Positions 38,186 through 51,339 of a stretch of 64,000 bases of DNA are shown here, piece by piece (the first letter of the stretch is position 1; each line of letters starts with the position of its first letter). Below the pieces are notes generated by a model, which had not been told where the DNA came from, did no database searches, and was given only the letters and a program-made list of their open reading frames with translations. The DNA is from Octopus sinensis (Eukaryota). Location: positions 57,164,001 through 57,228,000 of the forward strand of contig NC_043008.1 in assembly GCF_006345805.1 (NCBI RefSeq), in the 5' to 3' direction. The position numbers and the translations under genes are program-made.

Positions 38186-39954
38186 TCACATTGAATTACC
38201 GTGTAATTTACTGTATATTCTACAAACACTTTTTATTTTTTTATCCAATTCACTGATTTGTTTATTGTAGTTCTCTTTCCTTAATGTCTTTCGAAATAAA
38301 CCTGTTCGCTCTTTTCGTTCACGAATTTTCCCTCCCACTATAAACATCTGTCAACCCGTTCTTACATTCATTATCAAAGTGATTAAATTTTTGTTTGCAC
38401 TGATATTCATTCCATTGTTTTGCGTTTCTTCTACGTAAATCCATGCATTCTTCGCTTTATATCTCTCGATCTAAAGGCGAATTAGTTATCTTAAATGAAT
38501 ATTTTATTAACAGAAATATCCATTCTTGCACACACATTCTCACATAATTAATGAGCGATAAGGGAGTTTGCAGATATAACTCACAACATTTAACAGAACG
38601 ATATTATTAATTCAAACGAATTCAAACGCATGCGGTTTTACTGTTTGTTGTGACAATTATTTGAATGTATAATGTATATCGACTTGTGATCGTGGATATC
38701 TTAAATTGAGAGAATTGATAAATTCATAGAAATCGCAAATACAACATTTTCAATCAATAATTTCACGTCTTCGTTGCCGTTCACCTAAACTTCCAACAAT
38801 TCTTATTGATATTTGGTTCCATTAGTAAGATATTTTCATTTTAATTCATATTGGATTCCATTGTCTTGCACTATTGTAACATGCCCACTCACTCCATATC
38901 TGCCATTTTATTGAAATTTCTGTTTGAATAGTCAATATTCTGTGAATTGTATAAATTTTCCCCTCAGTAAATTCACGACAAACTTTGACTTCGATCTAAT
39001 AGAGATACCCCGAACATCTATCTACCCCACTGCCAGAAATTATTTTACCCAGATTTTCTAAAACCATGCCTATGTGCCTCAGAAATTCGCTCTTTTCAGC
39101 CATGTGGTTCTGTGTTCGATCCAAGAGTGAGACAAATTGCACAATTAATTTCCAGCATAGCCTCGTGCCTTGTGTTGTAACATAAATATGATAGGCAGAA
39201 ATGGCTCAGTAAACGGTCAAAAATATTTATACATATACACACATCACATAGAGATGCATATATCTATCTATATCTATAAAAGAGAGTTTGTGTGTGTGTG
39301 TATGTTTACGTATTTCCTTATGCATTCCAAAACCGAGTTGCCTATTCTGACGTATGAGGTATCAAAAGATTCAGTAAGCTTTTGGTTACCAACTAAATTA
39401 TATTTTCATTCATAGTGGATTAAACATTTCTTATCCCACCAAGCAGATAACAACACCTTGCGTGGGTGAAGACCTGCTTTAGCCGGTGTTTCTCCTTTCC
39501 TTATCCACTGTCTTCGGCGCCTGATATTTTTATAGGGAACACATTTCTCGTCACCAATCCCTATTTGGACTTTAGCTGCTTAAAGGGGGTGCTAAAGGAA
39601 TCTGTTTAACCAGCCTTGAAGAGCCATAGACGAATTGCCTTCCTCGAGACCAATCTAATGAAATATAGAGATTGATATAAAGTTACAACTTTGGTGATAT
39701 TTCACTTTATATGTGATTCATTTATCAAATACAAATTATACTGCTGAGACTATAAATTGCTCTACATATATCTACTACGCTTCTATGTCACTAATCAGCA
39801 ACTAGCACTCAGCTCGTGGAGACTAATTAGAAATCTGCATCAGTAAGCATCAAAGTTTATGTCTTAAGGTGACAAGACCTGTCTTTTCTAGCAAATACCT
39901 TGGTCGGATAGTGGAAAACATTATATCCTTCAATGAATATATTTCATCACTTAC

Positions 39955-40038
39955 CTCGCCGCCGTTCTCACGAGGATTTTCCATGTTATACTTCAACAAT
40001 GCCTTTGACCTATCGATCGTTGTCTTGATGAAGATTTC
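39955..40038 (-). CDS. Candidate 84-nt exon (EIFIKTTIDRSKALLKYNMENPRENGGE)
   Basis: CTTTTTCTCGAGTAG| acceptor, GAG|GTAAGT consensus donor, open phase 0-0, internal AACATGG Kozak-like ATG at 39984. No homology recognised. Confidence 0.3.
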
Positions 40039-40473
40039 CTACTCGAGAAAAAGCGCAGCACGGCCCACTGCAATTCAATTTACTGTGTTATTCGGATTAA
40101 AAACCCATTCCGGCATTACAAGATTAAATAGTTCTAAAACCGAGATTAACATCTAGAATACCATTAACACATCGTTCAGCTCAAATGTTTTATTCTCCTT
40201 CTGATAAAGTCTTCCATATTTTTCTTATTTTTATTCGCATCTGCTCGGATACATTGTTTATATATTGCAAACCAGAAGCTAGCTAAAAGTAGTACAAGCA
40301 TTTAAATATCTCAACTGAAAGCACTTAACTATTTGATAGCATTCATTTAGTGGTAGGTTACAGTTTTTACTTCTATTTAGGACAACCAAGAGCTGGGTTT
40401 AGTTTATTTTTATTTAAAATAAAGAAGTGCTAGATTTAGTTTATTTTCATTAAGAATAACGCTAAACTTCCTA

Positions 40474-40863
40474 CTAAAATAGCAGTATCGCCCGGCGTTG
40501 CTCAGGTTTCTTTCAACCCTTTAGAATTGGAATTTTTGAAAAGTAAAACTTTCGCATTATGTAGCTTGTTATTCTCTTTAAGTGAACATTTTTCTGGTTG
40601 AAATACACCGAAAAATGGCGACACAGCAGTCAAAACATCGTAAAAAATAGGATTTTCATAGAAAAAAAGCATCTTTTTGATGTAAATAATTTTTGGTGTT
40701 AACATGGTCCGATTTGAATTTTTTCTTCTATAGAAGACCAAACCTTCTTCCATCATACTCTCAATTTTGGTCAACTTGCGCCACAGGATCTCGGAGGAGA
40801 TAGTGTTAGTTGAAGGATACCAAACCTGCCATACACAGACAACTTCAGCTTTATATAGAGAGA
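40474..40863 (-). mobile_element. Non-autonomous Helitron, different internal sequence
   Basis: 5' TCTCTCTATATAAAGCTGAAG; 3' GAGCAACGCCGGGCGATACTGCTA (terminal CTAG disturbed), identical subterminal motif to 524-907. Confidence 0.8.
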
Positions 40864-40899
40864 AATTAGTATTTACTTCTATTTACCACAAACATGAAA

Positions 40900-41160
40900 A
40901 GTTTCATAATTTTCTTCAAAGGAGTTTTCTAATTCATGTAACTACCGTATGTTAATTTCTCATTCTTCTTTCTGTTATAAACAACAGTTTCATGATATTG
41001 TTCAAGGAAGTTTTCTAACTCATGTAGCCACTCCACGCTAATTTGCAATCTTTTTCTCTGCGCTATAAACAAGAATAGTTTCGTAATTTTGTTCAAAGGA
41101 GTTTCCTTGCTCTCATGTAGCCACTTCACATTAATTTGCAATTATTTTTCCTTGTTAATC
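40900..41160. repeat. Three degenerate tandem copies of an ~88-bp unit
   Basis: AGTTTC...TTCAA(A)GGAGTTT...CATGTA(G/A)C recurs at 40900, 40986 and 41077. Confidence 0.75.
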
Positions 41161-41795
41161 GCCTGGAATCAGTAAGTAGTCTTACATAATTCAAACTTTC
41201 GATTCGTTTGCAATTTACCATTCTTATATTCTTACAATGCATTTCATTTACTCTGTTGACAATCAGTAACCGCAATACTGTATATTCTGGTCATTTGTTT
41301 TCCGTTGTTATCTATATTCATTATACGTGCTATTGCTTCATCTTTTCAAATTTTCTTATCTAAATTTATTACATTTCTTGCATTGTGTAATGTTGATTAA
41401 TGAGCTTGTACGATCCAGTTGACACTTATTGTTAAAAGTCTTTATCCATTTCAGACAATTTCTCGCATCAATCATTTTCTTAATGATGCGACATTTCGAA
41501 TGTCTTATTTCCACTGGGAGAAAGTCATGTCCTCGAAAAAGTTGATTTTTTCTCACTGCGCCACCTCCAATAAATGTGTAGTTGTATGCTTCGCCTTTAT
41601 TGCTGTTCGGAGCGCAGTGGGTGGACACGTAATATCCGATTCCAAGAAGTCGTAAGTCGGTTCTCAGCAGTAATTTCGCGAAGTGTTTACTGGGAGAGGC
41701 GAGCTGAAGACGTTGGTCTATCATACCAACAGCCTCTAGCAACTCTCCGACGAAAATGAAGAGTACTGCGTAAAACACACATGCATATATATATA

Positions 41796-41854
<59 letters not shown>

Positions 41855-42035
41855 GCAGCGTGGAAGGTGTTTGTAAGCCATTTAAGAGACACACAAAAAC
41901 CGTTCGATTCACTTCAACATTTAAGTTTAATTTGTCAAACTATTTTCGTCGCTAAAATCCGCGACCTGTTCACTGACAAAAATCCGTGCTGCATCTCAGA
42001 TCAAATTACTTGCTATGCGAGTACATCTCCGTAAA

Positions 42036-42097
<62 letters not shown>

Positions 42098-42265
42098 AAT
42101 GTGTGAGCGTGTGTGCATATGTTTATATGTGTGTATATGTATATATATTCATATATACATACGTATATGCATATATTTCTGTATATAAACGCATATCTAT
42201 GTACATACGCATGTACACAGAGATACACATACATATACTAATGCGTATACCGTTAGAATATTTAC

Positions 42266-42483
42266 CTTTCTCTTGGAATGATTCCCTCTCATAACGTAAT
42301 TGATCGATATATTGATCCTGTACGTGCCAAATAAGCTACAGTATTAATTATGTTCTGCAGATAGACTACATAGTAAAATTATTACAATCGGTTTGATGCA
42401 CTTTCCTTTCTTCCGACCATCAATATTCAGCGTTCGTGTAGTCAAGTAGTTTTTTGTGCATATCTCACGTTGCACCCTTTTAT
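42266..42483 (-). other. Candidate mostly untranslated exon ending in ATG...MRGNHSKRK
   Basis: TACTAAC-TTTGTTTTG-CAG| acceptor (perfect branch-point consensus), AAG|GTAAAT donor; ATG at 42292 with an upstream in-frame TAA. Confidence 0.3.
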
Positions 42484-43664
42484 CTGCAAAACAAAGTTAG
42501 TAAATACAAGACATTGCATTTCATTTGCGGACATCAAAAAGAGGTTTCGAAGAGTGAACAACAAAGCGGGGAGAGATAAAAATGAAACGTTTAATAAACT
42601 GTCATCATTATAATCACTCAAAAACGTGATGAAATTCATAAATGCATGTAGCTATGATTTTTTATTTGAAGCTGGCGATCGGTCTGGATGAAAGCTGTTT
42701 GTTACTGTCTTTTAAGGAGAAAATGGAATTACTTAGTACTTATTAACATAGCAATCAAAGGCTGTATAGAATTCAAACTGATGTTGATCACGTCGTTTTC
42801 TAGTAATTTCTAAATGAAAAAAGAGAAAAATCTGCATCAACTTATTAGCATTTATTCTCCAGGATTTTTTTTTCTTATTTTCCTTTTTGTTGGGTGAGGT
42901 ATGTCTGGCTTTGTTTTATGATATTATCAATACATCTCTGTTGCTAATATTCACTTTTAAACGCCATCAAATGAATACCGAAACGAAAGACTTATGAATA
43001 ACTACAAAATGGCGCCATGAGCGTAGAACGTTTCATTATAGATCTAGCGTACTTCAACAATTCATGTACAACCATGGACACAATAGAATTAAGTGTTCTC
43101 AACAAATTTGAGATATATTCATTTATTTCACGACTACAAAGCGAAGAAGAGAATCATTCTCTTTTTTCTTTTTTAATTTGCTTTATCTTCTCTGTATGAA
43201 ATAGATTTTCTTTATGTTTTGTTGTTTTTTATTTATGTTTCAGTTTAAAAGCTAATACATTTTCGTAATTACGAAGAAAAAAGAAGCAACATCTTGTGAA
43301 TGCAATTTAATTCAAAGTGGATTTCACTTGAGGACAACAACCAGACAAGATGACGGCTTCGTATGCAATAACTGTATCGGCTCAGTATCCAGAACAGGAG
43401 TCCTTCACACAAGTTTTCTTAGGTTTCTTTAGTTTCTTCCTTGTACTCAACTACCGAAATATGTGATTTGACAACGCTAAATGTCCTTGTGAGTAATGAA
43501 ACCGATCTGGGGCCAATCTATACTGAATCATGCTTCCCATATTTGCAGCAACATGAAAATAATATTCAATGACAAGCGGTGTTTGTTTATTTTTTTCCCC
43601 ACCACGTAATTTATAGTTAGCTTTTAAAACTTCTCAGTATTAAATATATCTGACTAAACTGCGC

Positions 43665-43898
43665 CCTTTTAAAGCCTATCCAAGCTCATGGGCCCGGTTT
43701 CCCGGTTTCAATGTTCCCCAGCTAGATGAGATGCCAGTCCATCGCAGCGTTACTCATTTTTGCCAGCTGAGTGGACTGGAGCAATGTGAAATGAAGTGTT
43801 TTGCTCAAGAACACAACGCGTCGCCCGGTCCAGGAATCGAAACCACAATCTTACGATTATGATGCTGACACCCTAACTACTAAGCCACGCGCCTCCAC
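43665..43898 (-). mobile_element. SINE family E (tRNA head, CORE-like segment, V-like segment)
   Basis: GGAGGCGCGTGGCTTAGTAGTTAGGG head; TTGTGTTCTTGAGCAAAACACTT; GCTGCGATGGACTGGCATCTC; tail GAAACCGGGAAACCGGGCCCATGAGCTTGG. Confidence 0.85.
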
Positions 43899-44338
43899 TA
43901 CTATTAAATATATTAACGCAAAATTAAATAAATTTTTAGCTTTGTCCTGTTTGGGGTTTTTTTTATACGGACAGCGCCACCGAGTTATCTGTCGTTTAAA
44001 CAGTTCTGGTTTCCTACATAGTGATTCTTTCATTCCGATTTTGGGTAAATAAAGCGAAGTTTAGGTTTCGCTGGTGAGGTTCAAATATAACCGAAATACG
44101 CTGGTAGTTGTCTGCCCTAATTACTTGCCGAAAAAAATCTTAAAGTGATCTTAGTCAATGTTTAGCGTACTTTTCTTCCTCATGACATGATTATTTCTGA
44201 TACGCTTATACGATATGGATGTCATTTACTACATATTCATAGTTGAAAATCCAGTAGAAAGCAAAACCAAGCTGATAAGCTGTTTCAACCACAGGTTTTA
44301 TACCACACGGGTCTTTCTACAATTTATTTACATGCTTC

Positions 44339-44669
44339 GTATGCTTTTTTTCTTTTTCTTCGCCCCTTTTCAAGCCTAGCCAAGTTCATGAGCTCGGTTT
44401 CCCGGTTTCTATGGCATATGTGTTCCCCCCCCCCCGCCAGCTGGACGGGACGCCAGTCCATCGCAGCGTTACTCAAGAAACAGGAAGAAAGAGTGAGAGA
44501 AAGTTTGGGCGAAAAAGTACAACAGGGATCGCCACCACCACCCGCCGGAGCCTGGTGGAGCTTTAGGTATTTTCGCTCAACAAACACACACATCGCTCGG
44601 TCTGGGAATCGAAACCGGGATCCTCCTACTGCGAGTCCGCTGCCCTAACCACTGAGCCATTGCGCCTCC
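44339..44669 (-). mobile_element. SINE family B head joined to the family E (V-like) tail, with TSD
   Basis: TSD ACATGCTTC at 44330-44338 and 44670-44678; CTGCGATGGACTGGCGTCCCGTCCAG at 44441-44467. Confidence 0.88.
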
Positions 44670-45582
44670 ACATGCTTCATGTGTAGCCTACAAAAGTCTT
44701 TCAGAGTTCTTTTGCTTTATCATTCTATTGAAAAGTACTTTAGTAGATGTGTGCTTATAGTACTAATAATATGATGTAATTAATAGTGACACGTTGTGCT
44801 TTCAAATGGAATCATTTTGTTGAGGGGTGTTTAATTGGGATGACGGCGGAAAGAAAACTAGATACGCTCAGGAAATAACATGAAGCGTCCAGTTAAAAAG
44901 AAAACTGTAAAATTGAACTTTCATTATTATTTTGCTAAAGACACTAGAACAGCATTCAAGTAGATAAAAGAAACTATGGTCTGTGTTTATATTTTCTAAG
45001 CTCTATGCACTGAATTTATTATTATATATTTTTTTTTTTACTTGACATGAAGTTATTTACAGTAGGGAATTGCTATATCGAAAAGCCACGATATTAAACC
45101 CTGCATGGGGCAGTTTTTGTTGATGAGACACGGGATGACGCTTTGTGGAGGCTGAAGTCGAATAAGCTGGAGATTGTCGACCAAATTGCATAGCGGTGAT
45201 TTTTTCCGGTTCTTTGAATTTTGAATTCATATCTCTCTGATATTAACCCCATCATTCATCTTGATATGGTCGATAAATACATAGGTTATCTAATGTGGAT
45301 AGGCAAAATCGTTAGAGCATTGGGAGAGATGCTGTAAATCATCTCTTTCAGTTTGGAGTTCAAATCCCAGGCTTAAACCGTCACCTGTTTTAAATCTAGA
45401 ACCTGAAACCTTGAATACCATTAGCAGAGCTACTCTGTTGTAAGCACGTAGTTCAAGTCCTTGGTTTAAGGTCAGTTTCCCTCTTCTCTCCTACCATTAG
45501 AACCCCTAAAAGTGACCATGGTCACTAACCATGATCATGTGCTTAAGCGGATTAAGAGAGAGGGTAGGTATTGTAGACAAAA

Positions 45583-45820
45583 GCGGCGAGCTGGCAGAAA
45601 CGTTCGCACGGCGGGCGAAATGCTTAGCAGTATTTCGTCTGCCGTTACGTTCTGAGTTCAAATTCCGCCGAGATCCACTTTGCCTTTCATCCTTTCGGGG
45701 TTGATAAATGAAGTACCAGTTATGCACTGGGGTTGATATAATCGACTTAATCCGTTTGTCTGTCCTGTCCTTGTTTGTCCTCTCTGTGTTTAGCCCCTTG
45801 TGGGTAGTAAAGAAACAGGT
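45583..45820 (+). mobile_element. SINE family C
   Basis: GCGGCGAGCTGGCAGAAACGTT head, Nin-like core, tail TAGCCCCTTGTGGGTAGTAAAGAAA. Confidence 0.88.
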
Positions 45821-46689
45821 ACTGTGGACAACAGACGAAGCAACTGTTCGTCGGAGTAATAGCAGACTAGGAACGCGGTCATCATATTACTGCAGGAAAC
45901 AGCTACAGTGTACTGAATTTATGAAATATAATATTATTCATATATGGAGAAAAAAATCTATCGATTTGACGTTGATCGTAAACGCTTATAATCAGAACAT
46001 GGCCGAAAGCAACTAAATATTGTAAGGTATATTAATCACATACCCTGACCCGTTAATGTCAGTCCATTGACCAATAGATGTCAAACAAACATTAATTGGT
46101 TATACTGGCAGAAAGCCATCATTTGGTAGCTGAGCTGACATCGACCTATACAAAACCAGCAATTACAATCTCAATACGAAAAAGATTAAAAGATGAACTC
46201 GACCTAGGTACGGTTTGATCTTAGTACACTGAGAGACGAAACTATTAGTATACGGTATTTACTTCACGTAACTCTCCTTTAAAAGAACAATATATCCGAG
46301 CATTAAATCTTCAAACTATATATAAAATTCCTGGCTTCTAAAAACACAGTCGTAAAACATCCACATGCATAATGTAAGACAAAGCTAGTTCAGAGGTGAC
46401 TAGTTTATTTTCATTTCAAACAATTCGCGAAATATTCTTTTATTATTTTTCTCTCACAGGCTATTCAACAATTCTCTTTGGATATAAAAAAGTATAAAAT
46501 ATACGATGTGATTTTGTGCGATGGGTGGTCTTTCATTTATTTTTTTTTTATTTCTTTACATTTCGTCTTTTATTGAACAATACAATAAAATACCAAATAA
46601 AAATGTGGATGGTAGCATTATTTTTTGTTCCATCGCGCACATAAATCATTGCTTTCCGCTACACATTATTATTATTATTATTATTATTA

Positions 46690-46726
<37 letters not shown>

Positions 46727-46746
46727 CATTATTTTTATTATCATTA

Positions 46747-46777
<31 letters not shown>

Positions 46778-47129
46778 CATCATCGTTGAAGAAAACTAAT
46801 CACAAAAGACAAATATATAATATGTCACACATCTTCGATTCTGGTTTGAAGTATCATATTTATGACAAATCTTGTTACAATTTAATCAATGGATGTTAAA
46901 GCATTTTATGGGATTCGGTATATGCGTGTGTGCGCGCGCGGCAGTGTGTCTTTGTGTCTGTGCGTGTATGCATACGTGTATGCATGTATGCATATATATT
47001 GCAAAAATTATCTTGAGAATAATGTAGTAGTAGTAGTGGTGGTGGTGGTGGTGGTGGCGGTGGCGACGACAGCGACGGCAGCAGAAGCGGCAGCAGCAGA
47101 AGCGCCAGCAGTAGAAGCTGCAGCAGCAC

Positions 47130-47161
<32 letters not shown>

Positions 47162-48361
47162 TACCTTCTAGCAGCAGTACCTTTCGGGTTCAACTGCAAG
47201 AGGATACGCAAAAAATGCGAGATACTGCCTTGTTACAAAGAGAGAAAGATACCAAAAGGTGGACATGTGTTATGTAATGCATTGAAACACTTTCAAGAAG
47301 AATTTTATAAATTTACACATACGCATGCATTCACGCACACGCACACATATTTGGCCAGAAAAAAGTACCACAGACACACAATAATCAAAAGAAGAAATAA
47401 TTAAAGGAAACAACTGTTAAAAGATTAGTGGCAAGAACGGTTTAGAGTACTCGACGGCGTGGTTCACTTAACAAATTCACAATTTGTATTCGAGTGCAAC
47501 CGAGTGCACCACCAAGTATTTTTTGAGACACTTCATATTAACACAGTTAAATATCTTGTGCGTAATTTCTTAAGTTCTTCATTGTAATGTCTTATATTTA
47601 ATTTTATAAATAATCTGCTTTGTATGTTGTTTATATTCTGCCTCTAACTTTATGGGAATCATTGTGTCTTCCTCGAAAGATTAGAGGGACCACAGACGGG
47701 TAATTTTGCCCTGTTTTCATTGTTTTATGTTGATTGTTCTTTGTCTGTGGTTTCGTTATTTTCCTTTCGTATTTTCACTGAGTTTGAGACTTTTCGCATA
47801 TAATTACTATTTCTTTATCTTCGCACGACGAATGTGTGGTACTGAAAATTCGGGCCGTTAGGAAGCGAAATGTTTGCTCATCTATTTCTGACATTTTACT
47901 GGCCATCCCAGAATTTCGGTAGGTGATGAACTGTAAACATTTTCTGCTTTCTTGCCGCCCGTTGTTTCAGATTATCTTTATTTTGCCCTTTGTTTGCTGT
48001 TTGTGGGATTCGGGTCTTATTTTTTGTTTGCATTTCGCTTAGTAAGTATTTCCAATTCTTCCGGGCATCACACTCTGCAGGGAGTTCCACACCGACAAAC
48101 ATAGCAGCTTGGTTTTCCGATCAGGTTCATTAATCTCAAACCCTTTTTTACTTTTTATCTAGGCTTTCTACGAGGCACAGTTCCGGCACACCTCGGTGGA
48201 TTTCGGAAGTTATTAAAAATTAAAGTGATTTTGCTGCCACCTGACTACATGTTATTTTTCCTGAACCCCGCTTTCACAATTCTCCCACAATTCTTCTGAT
48301 TATCAATGTTATGCTCCTTTAAGGCACTGTGGCACAAGTTTATAATCAGAAGTATGTCACA

Positions 48362-48430
48362 AAATTTAACGCCTTTTTAACGCCAAAATTTAACGCCAAA
48401 TTTAACGCCAAAATTTAACGCCAAAACGCC
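48362..48430. repeat. Short minisatellite (AAAATTTAACGCC)x4
   Basis: Directly visible 12-13-nt unit. Confidence 0.85.
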
Positions 48431-48774
48431 TTTTCAGTTTTAGTGAAATAGAAGATGCCACCACATCTTTTTCACTAGACAGAATTTGTCCTGATATATC
48501 ATGAAGAGTACATTGTACTGAGTGACGACAAGTGTCTTTTAGAAACAGAGATATGTCATTTTTCTCTAAGCTGTCTCTTGGATTAGTTCCTGCGGCAACG
48601 AAATGCTGTTCGATTTTACAAAATACTCGCATCCAAATTTCTTTTTCTTAGCTGCGATATATGAACAAGGTCTGCTTGTTACGTTTGTATGTTTGTATTA
48701 AGGCAAGATATGTTTTAACACAAATGCTGTGTGAACAAAGCATAGAAACTGAAATACTTAAGAATTGCTACATG

Positions 48775-48842
48775 TATTATTATTATTGTTGTTGTTGTTA
48801 TTTTGATTATTATCATCATCATCATCATTATTATTATTATTA

Positions 48843-48876
<34 letters not shown>

Positions 48877-48956
48877 CATCATCATCATCCTTATTATTAT
48901 TATCATTATTATAATCATTATTATTATTATCATTATTATAATTATTATTATTATTA

Positions 48957-48987
<31 letters not shown>

Positions 48988-49194
48988 CATCATCATCATC
49001 ATTATTATTATTATCATCCTCAGCATCATTATTATTATTATTATTATTAACATCCTCATCATTATTATTATTATATTATTATTATTATTATCATCATCAT
49101 CATTATTATTATTATTATTATTGTTATTATTATTATTATCATTATTATCATCAATATTATTATTATTATTATTATTATTATCATCATCATCATT

Positions 49195-49278
<84 letters not shown>

Positions 49279-49280
49279 GT
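48775..49280. repeat. Compound (ATT)n/(ATC)n trinucleotide array
   Basis: Directly visible. Confidence 0.95.
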
Positions 49281-49737
49281 CCCTCTCTTCAAGAGTATTT
49301 CTTAGAAAATTTGGGGCATTTTCTTCTATTAACCGGCCACTAAAATTATTCCGTTTCTTCTTCCTTTTGTACATCCAGTTGTACGCTTTGATTTTGTTTT
49401 TGTTTTTTCTTGGTTTCTTGTTTTAGTTTTTTATTGTTGTTATTTTGTCGTAGTAGTCTTTAGGCGTCTAGCATATTTAAGTGGCGGTTATTGTGGATAT
49501 GAAAATGCAATTCGTGTACATAACATTTTAAAAGTTTGCGGAAGAAACTTCTTTTGTTGTTGTTGTTGTTGTTGTTCTCTTACCCGGGGCAATTTACAAG
49601 TGCTTCCTAGAAGTTTTCATTTAATAATACTTAAATTTATCATGTCTCGAAGAGAAAAGCAAAGTGACGCCTTCACACGACGAGAGATAATAATAACAAT
49701 AATAATAACAATAATAATAATAATAATTAATAATAGT

Positions 49738-49769
<32 letters not shown>

Positions 49770-49849
49770 GCAAGAATAAGGAGGCGGAGGAGAAGAAGAA
49801 GAAGAAGAAGAAGAAGAAGAAGAAGAAGAATCTTTTCTACTTCTACTGA

Positions 49850-50050
49850 AATTTCGGGATAGGGGTTAGATTATTACAGCGATCCCAGTGATCAATTGGT
49901 ACTTATATTATTCCCACGACCACTATCGAAAAAATATGACGGCAAAGTCGACCTCGGCAGAAATTGGAATTGAACTCAGAACGGAAAGACAGACGAAATA
50001 TCGCTAAGCATTTCGCCCGGCAAGCTAGCGATTCTACAAACTCGCTGTCG
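49850..50050 (-). mobile_element. SINE family C
   Basis: GGCAAAGTCGACCTCGGC...GAACTCAGAACG on the plus strand is the reverse-complement core and head. Confidence 0.8.
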
Positions 50051-50109
50051 TAATAGCAGTAATGATAACAATAACAATAATTTTAGTAGTAGTAGTAGTA
50101 GTAGTAGTT

Positions 50110-51240
50110 CTCAGAAGAGAATGTTATCGCAGGGTATCGCAATACTCAAGACAGAGCTGAATGCAAGAAACAGGATCGAAGCGATCAATACTTTAACCAT
50201 ACCGGTCATGACTTACAGTTTCAATATCATTAACAGGTCAATTACTGAAATATGTAATCTTGACAGAGAAATACGAAAATTGTTCACAATGCATAGAATT
50301 GTCCATCCTAAGATACGACTTTACTCGCTAAGAAAAGAGGTTGGTCGTGGACCTTTACTACTGAAATTAACAATGAAGATTGCCACATTTGGTCTAAACA
50401 TCTACCTGAAAAACTCTGATGACTGGATGTTAAAATTTGCCTTAAAGCACGAAAACAAGAAACCATCATACTCAGTAACAAAACAGGCAAAGGAATATCT
50501 AAGTGAATTCCAAATACAACAAATCCCAGAATTAGAGGCACTGGAAACAGACACAGAAAAATCTAAGCGTATGAAAACCCGTGTTAAAACTGCTGCCTTA
50601 GATATTCTGACTGATAAATGACAAGAAAAACTTCTCAATGGCAAACACCCCAAAAGAGATAATAACGCCGATGTTGACAAAGCCCTTACCCATCAGTGGC
50701 TAGTGCCTTCTAGCTTAAAACAGAAACAGAAGCGTTTATTATAGCAACCCAAGATCAATGCCTACCAACAAGTAACCACTTTGGCCAACATATTAAAGAA
50801 CAGCAAGAGCGCAAAATGTCGCTTATGTAAACAACACAATGAAACCATGGATCATGTTGTCTCCATATGCAGTCTTCTTGCGACTACAGAGTACCTCAAT
50901 AGAAATTATAGTGCAGCACGATATATTCACTGGAAAATTTGCAAAAACCTGGACCTGCCACATGATAAAAATTGGTGGGAACACAAACCACTTCCAGTGT
51001 TTGAAATTGATCACATCTCACTTCTCTGGAACTTCACCGTTCAAGCTGACAGAAAGATGGATGCGAATAGGCCAAACATTATATTGAAAGATTTCAGACA
51101 AAAACCATGCCTCCTCATTGGTATGACTGTATCAATCGACATAAACTTATCTATCGAGATATACCAAAAAATTGAGCAAGTATAAAGATCTTGAAATAGA
51201 AATCGGCAAAATGTGGAACCTCAAAACTAAAACAACATAG
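50110..51240 (+). mobile_element. R4/Dong fragment (thumb to REL domain), decayed
   Basis: ILKTELNARNRIEAINTL.IPV.TYSFNII; KCRLCKQHNETMDHVVSIC; YIHWKICKNL; NRPNII.KD. Homologous to 52750-53990. Confidence 0.88.
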
Positions 51241-51339
51241 CATTATCTGTAAAAATGCCACAAAACTACCATTATTGGAAGTAAGAATTTCAAGCTTGTG
51301 TAGGATGGAAGATTGAAAAGATAAAGCACTGTAAAAGCA

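Noticed and set aside
38700-39000. Faint R4-like peptide (DNGIQY.LK) on the minus strand
   Set aside because: Too degenerate; multiple stops and no second motif.
46889-47404. 171-aa ORF with an Ala/Val-rich stretch
   Set aside because: Built from GTA/GTG/GCA trinucleotide repeats; the flanks are microsatellite-derived.
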